From Fonticula alba ATCC 38817 (Eukaryota > Protista > Nucleariida): 40,427 nt of DNA. The notes below the pieces were generated by a model, which worked only from the letters and a program-made list of their open reading frames with translations, did no database searches and had not been told where the DNA came from. Position numbers and translations under genes: made by a program. Below are positions 1 through 10,200 of this stretch, in pieces (the first letter of the stretch is position 1; every line of letters begins with the position of its first letter). The stretch lies in the NCBI GenBank assembly GCA_000388065.2, contig KB932205.1; one strand, given 5' to 3'.

Positions 1-559
1 CCAGCCGGAACCTCAGCACCGACCGGTCGTCGGTCCTCGTCAACACCCTGCCCGAGCTGAATGCCATGACCGTGCGGTACGCGGCGCCGGAGGTGATCGG
101 CGCCTTCCAGCGGGGCATTTCGCTGGACCGGGCGGCCCTGCTGCCGGCGGACATCTTCAGCGCGGCGGTCATGCTCTGGGAGTGCCTCGCACGCGACAGG
201 CCCTGGACAGGTACTGGCGCTTTGCCCTCGCGGGCACCTTTGGCCCATGGCTTGCGCGCGGCTCCATCCCCACCTTCTTTGGCACTGATCTGTTGCTCCC
301 TTCCCTTGCTCCCCGCGTGCGCTTCCTGTCGCACCCTCCAGACTTGGACTTCGGCGACATCCGGGCCTCCGTGCTGGCCGGCCATCGGCCCAGCATGGAG
401 GTCCTGGTGCTGCCCGGCCGGTGTTTCGCCAACGCGCCGGACCTGTTGGAGGCTGCTTGGCAGGCGGACTTCGAGCGCCGGCCCACCGCCGGGCTTTTCC
501 GCCAGCGGTGCGCCGCATTCTACTTGGCGGCTGGCGGGCTGGCCCGGCCAGTGCCCTAG
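1..559 (+). CDS. Gene A, 3' end of a receptor kinase paralog (kinase subdomains VII-XI); join(<1..210,342..559)
   Basis: The frame from base 3 reads SRNLSTDRSSVLVNTLPELNAMTVRYAAPE...PADIFSAAVMLWECLARDRPWT. After a GT..AG intron it continues DLDFGDIRASVLAGHRP...RPTAGLFRQRCAAFYLAAGG, with TAG at 557-559. The spliced product aligns without gaps to the intronless C-termini of genes B and C. Confidence 0.9.
   Translation, partial: QPEPQHRPVVGPRQHPARAECHDRAVRGAGGDRRLPAGHFAGPGGPAAGGHLQRGGHALGVPRTRQALDRYWRFALAGTFGPWLARGSIPTFFGTDLLLPSLAPRVRFLSHPPDLDFGDIRASVLAGHRPSMEVLVLPGRCFANAPDLLEAAWQADFERRPTAGLFRQRCAAFYLAAGGLARPVP
211..341 (+). other. Phase-1 intron in gene A kinase C-lobe
   Basis: Donor is GTACTG and acceptor is pyrimidine-rich ...CCCTCCAG. 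Splicing joins the two frames that the ORF track lists separately (66.. and 182..). Confidence 0.88.
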
Positions 560-800
560 ATGCATCGGGCCTGTCCCCTCTCGGGCGATGCGCGCCGGAC
601 GGCACGGCTGCACATGCGGCCGCGCCGGCGACCGGGGCACCCAGGGGCGGCCTGCTCGGGGGAGAAGAGCGCGCCCCGGCCAGAGGCAGGCATGCGGGCG
701 GGAAATCCCCGCATCACGCACAGGCAGGCAAGCAAGCAGGGCTCGCCCTGTCGGATCCCCACCCCCCGTTTCGGACGCTCCAATACCAAGCCATCCGCCA

Positions 801-802
<2 letters not shown>

Positions 803-843
<41 letters not shown>
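803..843. repeat. (CA)n microsatellite downstream of gene A
   Basis: Read directly from the sequence. Confidence 0.97.
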
Positions 844-845
<2 letters not shown>

Positions 846-2438
846 CAGATGCGAATGCATATTTACACCAATACACCCGCAGACACGCCAACATGCCGGA
901 CCGCGACCCATGTCCGCTCTGTTGCCCTCGCGCCCACGGGGGCATCTGTCGGCTGCCGGCGCCGCCGCAAAAGAGGCCTCTCAACAAGCGCGCCACGGCC
1001 CCCGCCGCTCACACGCTGCATGGCCACGCGCCCGCCCGGGACCGGCACGCTTCGGGACCCCGCCCTCGACCGGCTCTGCCACTGCTCCTGCTCGCGGATG
1101 GCCGACCATGCCGCCGCCTGCGCCCGGAACCAGGCCGCCCCGGCCGGCCCCCGGTCGGCATGGAGCACCCTTGAGCGCGTGGCCCGGCGCCGGTGGCCCC
1201 CTCCAACGACCGACGGTGGGCACCCCCCCCCCCCCCGGGGCGGCATCCGGCATCCGCCCGGGCAAGGGCCAGCACCGGCCGAGCCACGAGGGCCGGGAAG
1301 GTGCATCCGGTCCAAGCCCCGGGGGAAATGCCCCACATGCGTTGGAGACCACGCGATGTGCCCCTGCTGTTGTAGCAGGCTTCGCACGGGCCAAGCCCAA
1401 GCCCAGTGCGTGAAGTTGGACGAAGGGCTCCTGTGCGATCGGCCACCCAGTCAGTAAGTTCTTGGCATGGAGAGAGAGAGAGAGGGGGCGCATGCCAGCC
1501 AGTGGCCCATGGTCTCCTGCTTCCAGGTGAGTCGGCAACTCGGTCCGATGCGAGGCAGTGCCAAGCAAGAGGCAAAAGAACTCGGACGTCAAATGGGGCC
1601 CGAGAGGAAGCCCAAGAGCAGGCGCCCGCCGGCCTGGGCCGGTGCTGCGGCCATACTTTCGTACACCCTCCGACACACAGCCGCCGAGGTCTTCTCTCGC
1701 TCTCGGTGGAAGGGAGCCCTTGCCCTTTGACCTGCAGGCGCCGGTCGAGGGGCAAATCCGAGGACCCGCCCACTCGCACATCTCCCCCCTTCCCGCTTCG
1801 TCGAGCACCTTTTGCCGCCCGACCTCTCGCGGCCGCCTGGCCGCTGTCCTACCCCGCAATCCGTTCTTTGGAATGCTATTCCTTACGACGGCCATCCCCG
1901 TGACGCGTCACGCGTGGGAAGGCTCTCACATGCTGCTCATCCGTCGGCTACATGGAGCTTCCGCCACAATGCCCCGGAGCGGCGCGCCTTGCGCATGATC
2001 AGCTCGTGTGACGCTTGAAGTACCCCCGCCCGCCATTATCCACCAGTCCCGGGCGTTTCAGGGAGATTTCCCCCCCGCGCTCGGTGCGCCTCCCTCGGCC
2101 AATAAGCACCACATTTTTACTCACACAAATGATACAACAGTTTTCAGCCGCACACCTGCCACGGGCTTTCCCCCGCCGGCCTGGGGGGCGGGGGGGGGGG
2201 GTGCGCAACACGGCGCGGCCGTGTGGCGATCTACCCGCGCCTCGGGCTGGGAAGATCTACCGACGGGGCAGGGCGCCCCCCGGTCGGCCTGCTTTTTCCC
2301 AAGGCACACCCTTGGACGCGACCCCAGCCCATGGCCACCCCCCACTCCCCCCCCCCCCCCTCACTCGCTCGCAAGTGCCGCAGGTAGACTCGCTTTCTTG
2401 TGCTCCAGCCCCATCATCCCCCTGGATCGCCCTCTGCC

Positions 2439-4238
2439 ATGGAGCTGTCCGCCGGCCGGCGGCCCAGACACCAGCGGGCCCAGATGCCGCCGCCTGCTGG
2501 CCGACCACTGCCGCTGCCGCTGCCGCTGCCGCTGCCGCTGCTGCCGCTGCTACTGCTGGTGATGATGCTGCTGGCCGATGTTCCCGGATTGCTATCGGCC
2601 GAGCTTCCGCTCTATGCAGGCCACCATCCCCTGATGGACATCCAAAGGCCCATGTCGGCCTTCACCCCCGCCGGCATGCCCACCCACTGGATCGGCCCCG
2701 ACGGCAGCCGGTCCTACTCGCTCTATCAGCAGCAGCTGTGGCTGTCTATCAGCCGGGAAATTCGCACCGGCCTGTTCATCCCCCCGGAGCACTACCTCCA
2801 GGTGTCCAGCNNNNNNNNNNNNNNNNNNNNNNNNNNNNNNNNNNNNNNNNNNNNNNNNNNNNACTGGATCGGCCCCGACGGCAGCCGGTCCTACTCGCTC
2901 TATCAGCAGCAGCTGTGGCTGTCTATCAGCCGGGAAATTCGCACCGGCCTGTTCATCCCCCCGGAGCACTACCTCCAGGTGTCCAGCCCCCGGGGCGAGC
3001 TCGGCCCCATCGCCACGAAGGTCATCCTCCCGGCGGAGGGATATAACATCCCGGCCATCCTGGAGATGTCCTCCACCGAGGTGGGCCTCTTTCAGGCGAA
3101 CGAGGTGCACAGCCTCCCGGGGCCTCAGTTCCAGGAACTTTTGGCCTCGGCCGCGAGCTCTCCAAACCTGGTGGACATTCTCATCAGCACCCGTGGCATC
3201 AGCTCCGGGGTCCCGCACCTGGTGTTCTACAGATCGGAAGAGCGTCGTGATCCCGGCCATCCTGGAGATGTCCTCCACCGAGGTGGGCCTCTTTCAGGCG
3301 AACGAGGTGCACAGCCTCCCGGGGCCTCAGTTCCAGGAACTTTTGGCCTCGGCCGCGAGCTCTCCAAACCTGGTGGACATTCTCATCAGCACCCGTGGCA
3401 TCAGCTCCGGGGTCCCGCACCTGGTGTTCTACGTGGAGGTGGATGCCACCCTGGGCTTGACTTCGCACCAGGTACCCCGGACGCTGGATCCATCCTGGCC
3501 GGCCCTCGGCACCCCCGGCCCGGGGCGGTCCTTCTTCCTCGCCTCCGAAACGACTCTCAGCCATGTGACCCTGGACAGTGCGTCGCAGGTGCTCATCCAG
3601 GACTTCCCCCTCAGTCGGGCGGCTTTCGACATGGTGGCCACCCGGCTCCTGTCCCTGCCCGCGGCCTGCCCGGCTGGGGACCTGGTCTTCCTCTTTGACG
3701 ATGCCTCGGTCCGGGTGGAGGTCTGCTTTGACGCTGCCAATGGCCCGGTGGATACCATCACCGGGCGACTTCCCCCCGAGGCGTCAGCCAATGGCCGCTT
3801 CATCAATCCCGGGCTCAAGTCCATGAGGCAGCTTCTCCCCTTTCTCTACTACCTGGATGTTGATGGCCCGGAAAGCTCCCTCTGGCGGGCCGAGGTCAGC
3901 CTCCCCGGGGGGCTTGTTTGGCGCCGGGTTATTCCCCCCTCGCTGGCGGCCGGTCTACTTTCCAGCGCCTACTTGGCGCTCCTTGACACGACTCGCGGCC
4001 TGGAATGGACCTTGATCGTCAATGGTGCAGCTCTTTGGGATGAGGTGGCCTTCGGCTGCCATACCGATCCCACCATTCAGTGCGACCAGCCCTCTCTCAC
4101 CGACCGGACCACGTATGGCTGGTTGTGCAAGTTCGGCCGCGATACCAGCCCCTTCGTGGAGGATGACCGTCTTTGTGCTGGCTGCGCGGCTGGCCGCTAT
4201 CTCGACCGCGACTCCTGTGCGTGCCCCGGCCACATGTG

Positions 4239-4274
<36 letters not shown>

Positions 4275-7200
4275 TCTGCCTCTACCTCTGGCTGTGCCTC
4301 TGGCTCTGCATCTCTCTCTCTCTCTCTCTCTCTCTTCATCTCTCCCTCTCTCCCTCTCTCTCTTCCCATCTCCCCCCCTCTCTTCCCATCTCCCCCCCCT
4401 CTCTTCCCATCTCCCCCCCTCTCTTCCCATCTCCCCCCCTCTCTTCCCATCTCCCCCCCTCTCTTCCCATCTCCCCATTTTTACTTGCGCCCTTGCCCGC
4501 GTCCCCTAACCTTGGCGTGTGACCCCGTCCCGGGGCCCGGGCCTCCCTGGCTACCAGCCTCCCGGGAATGCATCCTCTGTATGCCCGGCTGTCAGACATG
4601 CCTGCCAGACGGCTGTCTTGTCTGCATGGATGGACTTCTGCCGCAGGCCAGCGGCCCGAATGGGCAAATCGAGTGTGTGGTCACCTGCTCGCCGGGTTTT
4701 CATGAATTGGCCGGGGCCTGTCACACAGCCCCGAGCCCGGAGCTCACGACATCCGGCAACCAGATGGAATCCTTCCCCGGCATTGCTCAGGTCATCACGG
4801 TAAGCGATACCCACCTTGTGGCTGGCAGTGTGGCTGGCTCGGCCATTCTCCTGCCCAGGGCCATGCAGAACCCGGGCTCCCCGCGCGCTGGACTCCTGCT
4901 CTTCAGCAAGGCGGGCCCCGTTCACCTGGCCCCAGGTGCCTCGAACGGCCAGCCCAAAGACCTGCCAGCCACCCCGGCGGTCGACTTCCTCACAAGCCCT
5001 GGCATCCAGAAGATCACTTTCTACGCGGAAATCGGCCCTGTCCTGTACAGCAAGCATGCCATCATGGGCGTGGCCTTTTGCAGCGACCACAATGGCGGGG
5101 GGTACTTCACCATCCACTGCCCAGTCGCCAACAATGGCAGCCCCTCGGACGCCTGCTTCATCAACAATGCGCGAGACATCCCCTCACTGATCGGCAATTG
5201 CCGGGCCGCCCGGCGTATGGGCCCTCGGCATATGGCATTGGAGGCGGCCACCGGCATGTCCTTCCTGCTTGAGCTCCTGGACGGTGGAGCTCTCAGTGTC
5301 CGTGAGGGACCAGCCGGCAGTCTGGCTCCGCTGCTCGCCGACATGCACTTCTCTATGGAGCCATCGATCGGCCCATTCAGATGGACCCTATGGATGGATC
5401 GGGATGGCATGGGAACCTTCTTCCCGACCGACATGCCGATGAATGATCCCCGACATGCGGCCCTCGAAAGCCAGGCCTGGCAGCCCATTGGCAGCCCCGG
5501 CACAGTGGTTCTCCTCCGCACGGGCACCGCCCCCGATGCCGGGTTCGAACTGGTGGTCACGGCCTTCCGCGGCCACAGCACCTGGGAGGCGGCCATCCTG
5601 CCACGCGGGCTGATCCCCGGGAACCGGAATCGCCAGATGCCGCTGGCGCCGCAGGTCCTCACCCGATGGACCACCCTGCCGGACTTGGTCTCGCTGTCCA
5701 TCCGGGCCATCGACCTCTTCACGCATCCGATGTACCCGTCCGCCTTGCTGCTGACGTCCAGCGACGTCTTTGCCGTGGCTCCCCTGCGGTGCCCCGGCGC
5801 CGGCGCCCCATGCGCCTTTGTCCCGGCCAGCGTCTACATCCAGCCCAACACCCTGCTTGCGCCGGGGTGGACCGGGGTCGTGGTGCGGCCCAGCCCGCCG
5901 ACCGACGACGACCCGCCGAACCTCATGCTGTCGTTGCTGATTTCCTCGAACGTGGACAGCTCCATCTCTCGGATGGACTTCCTGTCGGAATGCCCGCCCG
6001 GCACCTTTGGCCCGGGCTGCGACCCTTGTGACCCGGCTTGTCTCGAGTGCACGGGCCCCGGGCCGGCGGCCTGCACCTCCTGCCAGGCGGCCCTCGATTT
6101 CGACCCCTTCAACTGCCTGGCCGAGTGCCCCCTCGGCTTGACCCTTGACTCGAGTCGCATTTGCCGATGCCACGAAACTTGCACCACATGCTCCATCGAG
6201 ACGCCGGGCGGCGGATACGAGTGCATCCGCTGCAATAAGGGATACGCCCGCGCCTCGGATCCCGCCACGCCGGAGCGGTGCTACCCCTGCTCGTCCCAGT
6301 GCTACGAGTGCCTGGTGGCGCAGGACCCGACGGCCTGCACCCGGTGTCTCCCGGGATCCTTCCTCGATGAGGGGGCCTGCAGGACCGACTGTCAGCCGGG
6401 CTACTGGGGTGACATCCTTTCGAACGAGTGTGTCGCCTGCCCGGATGGCTGCACCACCTGCATCTCCGGCCGCATTTGCTCCACCTGCCAAACTGGCTTC
6501 TTCCTGCCCTCGAGTTCGGACGTGTGCCAAGGGTGCTCGCCCTCGTGCGGCTCCTGCGCCGAGTCCACCAGCTGCATGACCTGCGCTCCGGGGCTCGTCT
6601 TCCTGGATCCCGACCCGTTGGCCGCTTCTCTTTGTGGGAGTGCCTGTCCGCCGGGCCTCTTCGCCGGGGCCACGCGGTGCACCGAGTGCGATGAAAGCTG
6701 TGCTCTGTGTCAAGGGACCGAAGCGGCCTGCGAGCAGTGCAGCGAGGGCTTCCGCTGGGCGTCCGCCCCTCCGGGCCCTGGTGCCACGGCCCCATGCCTT
6801 CCCTGTGATGTGGGCTGTGCCTCTTGCACGATGGACATCTGTCTGACATGCGTTCCTGGGCACTTCCTGACCATCGACGAGCAGTGTGTTTCCGCCTGCC
6901 CGTCGGGCTTCTGGGCCGACACCTGGTCCGGCCGGTGCATCCCCTGCCCGGCTGGCTGCGCGTCCTGCTCCTCGGCCAACATGTGCTCCGCCTGCCAGCC
7001 GGGCCACTTCCTGCCCCCCGGCTCGGGCACATGCCTGCCCTGCGACGGCTCGTGCGGCACCTGTGCCGAGGCCGGCACCTGCGCCACCTGCCGGCCGGGG
7101 CTGGTGTTCCTGCAGCCCGACCCGCAGGTGGCCTCCCTGTGCGCGAGCACCTGCCCCCCGGGCGAGTATGTCGGGCCCAACCGATGCACCGAGTGCCACA

Positions 7201-10200
7201 TCTCCTGCGCCCTGTGCGTCGGTGCAGCCGACCGGTGCCAGGTGTGCGGCCCGGGACACCGGTGGGCTGGGACCCCGCCGGCAGCCGGCGCCACGGGCCA
7301 GTGTGTCCCCTGTGATCCGGGTTGCGCCTCGTGCACGGCCGACCGGTGCCTGGCCTGCGAGCCGGGGCTCTTCCTCGACTCACACGGTGACTGCGTGAGC
7401 ACCTGCCCGGATGGGACCTTCGCCGACGCCGAGTCGTGCCAGCCGTGCGACCTGAGTTGCGCCACCTGCGTCGGGGGCGCCGCCGACCAGTGCGCCAGCT
7501 GCGCGGCCGGGCTGGACTTCGTGCCGCCCAGCGCCTCGGCCGGCACATGTGTGTCGGGCTGCCCGGAGGGCCAGTACCGGGACCGTGTCTCCGGCGACTG
7601 CTTGCCATGCGACGCGGCGTGCGCCACGTGCAATGGCCCGTCGGACAAGGACTGCTGGCGCTGCGCCAGCGGCGTGCTGCAGGACGGCGACTGCGTGCAG
7701 CACTGCGCCGCGAAGCATGTGGCCCTGGCCGGGCGGTGCCTGCCCTGCCATGCGTCGTGCGACCAGTGCGCCGGGACCCGGAGCACCGAGTGCCTGCCGG
7801 CCTGCCCGAGCGAGCTGCTGGCCCTGCCGGCCGGCGAGTCGCCCATGCGCTGCGTGCCGGCCTGCCCGGCGGGCCACACCCGCACCGCGGCCGGGTGCGC
7901 CAAGTGCGGCGACCACTGCGCCAGCTGCCCGGCGAGCGCGGCCACCTGCGCCCTGTGCGAGCGCGGGTGGCTGCTGGACGTGCCGAGCTGCGTGGCCTCC
8001 TGCCCGGTCGGATCCTCGCCCCAGGGCGGACTGTGCACCACCTGCCATGGGACCTGCACCACCTGCTACGGTCCCGAGTCGGACCAATGTCTGTCTTGCA
8101 GTGCGAGCTCCCCGCTGCTTGTGAACAACAGCTGCCATGCCGTCTGCCCGGCGGGCATGTACCGGAGCGAGCAAATCTGCCTTCCATGCAGCACCGCCTG
8201 CGCCGCCTGCTCGGGGCCCAGCTCCACCCATTGCACCGCCTGCCACATGGGCCGCGTTCTCCACGATGGCACCTGCTTTGCGGCCTGTCCGGGCGGGTTC
8301 TTTGCCGACGAGGGCGCCTGCCGCCCCTGCCAGGCCACCTGCCTGACGTGCGACTCGCCGAGCATGTGCACCTCCTGTGCCCCGGGCAAGCTCCTGGACC
8401 CGGCCGGGGCCTGTGTGGACGTCTGTCCCCCGGGGACCCACGTATGCGTCGCCTCCGGCCGGTGCATCGCCTGCCCGGACCACTGTGCGGCGTGCGACTC
8501 GCGCCGCGACTCGTGCGAGCCCGACTGCACGGCCTGCCGCGGGGGCTTTGTCCTGTCGGCCGGCCGGTGCATGGGGTCCTGCCCGGCCGGGGAGTTCCTC
8601 CCCCCCGGGGACGCGCCGGCCTGCCTGGCCTGTCGCGCCCCCTGCCGCACGTGCGCCAGCGCCGAGGACACATGCACCTCCTGCACCGAGGGGCTCCTGC
8701 AGCCGGATGCCGGCCTATGCGTATCTTCCTGCCCCCCGGCCCATGCGCCGTCCGGCGGCATCTGCCTGGCCTGCCCGGACAAGTGCGATGCCTGCCAGGC
8801 CGGCTCACAGCAACAACAACAGCAACCGGACTGTGCCCCGGGCCCGGGCGGGCTGCTGGTCTGCGCGCCGCTCGGGTCCTGCGCCCGCTGTGTGCCGGGG
8901 CTGCTGCTGCTGGACGGCCAGTCATGCGTGCCGGCATGCCCGGTTGGCACATTCCCCGACGACCAGGCCCCGGTGCCGGTGTGTGCCCGCTGCGATGCCA
9001 AGTGCAAGGCCTGCAGCGGGCCGGGCCCGGGAGATTGCGAACGCGTGCCCGGGTCGAGCTCATCGCGCATCGGCCTGGCNNNNNNNNNNGCGCTGCGCCA
9101 GCGGCGTGCTGCAGGACGGCGACTGCGTGCAGCACTGCGCCGCGAAGCATGTGGCCCTGGCCGGGCGGTGCCTGCCCTGCCATGCGTCGTGCGACCAGTG
9201 CGCCGGGACCCGGAGCACCGAGTGCCTGCCGGCCTGCCCGAGCGAGCTGCTGGCCCTGCCGGCCGGCGAGTCGCCCATGCGCTGCGTGCCGGCCTGCCCG
9301 GCGGGCCACACCCGCACCGCGGCCGGGTGCGCCAAGTGCGGCGACCACTGCGCCAGCTGCCCGGCGAGCGCGGCCACCTGCGCCCTGTGCGAGCGCGGGT
9401 GGCTGCTGGACGTGCCGAGCTGCGTGGCCTCCTGCCCGGTCGGATCCTCGCCCCAGGGCGGACTGTGCACCACCTGCCATGGGACCTGCACCACCTGCTA
9501 CGGTCCCGAGTCGGACCAATGTCTGTCTTGCAGTGCGAGCTCCCCGCTGCTTGTGAACAACAGCTGCCATGCCGTCTGCCCGGCGGGCATGTACCGGAGC
9601 GAGCAAATCTGCCTTCCATGCAGCACCGCCTGCGCCGCCTGCTCGGGGCCCAGCTCCACCCATTGCACCGCCTGCCACATGGGCCGCGTTCTCCACGATG
9701 GCACCTGCTTTGCGGCCTGTCCGGGCGGGTTCTTTGCCGACGAGGGCGCCTGCCGCCCCTGCCAGGCCACCTGCCTGACGTGCGACTCGCCGAGCATGTG
9801 CACCTCCTGTGCCCCGGGCAAGCTCCTGGACCCGGCCGGGGCCTGTGTGGACGTCTGTCCCCCGGGGACCCACGTATGCGTCGCCTCCGGCCGGTGCATC
9901 GCCTGCCCGGACCACTGTGCGGCGTGCGACTCGCGCCGCGACTCGTGCGAGCCCGACTGCACGGCCTGCCGCGGGGGCTTTGTCCTGTCGGCCGGCCGGT
10001 GCATGGGGTCCTGCCCGGCCGGGGAGTTCCTCCCCCCCGGGGACGCGCCGGCCTGCCTGGCCTGTCGCGCCCCCTGCCGCACGTGCGCCAGCGCCGAGGA
10101 CACATGCACCTCCTGCACCGAGGGGCTCCTGCAGCCGGATGCCGGCCTATGCGTATCTTCCTGCCCCCCGGCCCATGCGCCGTCCGGCGGCATCTGCCTG

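Noticed and set aside
4173-4557. SLSLSL/PPLFPS low-complexity start of the 2173-aa ORF
   Set aside because: It is translation of the pyrimidine-rich intron 1 of gene B.
5985-9050. Assignment as Giardia-type variant surface protein or proprotein convertase
   Set aside because: The CxxC repeats are similar, but these proteins end in a kinase domain, with no CRGKA tail and no subtilase domain.
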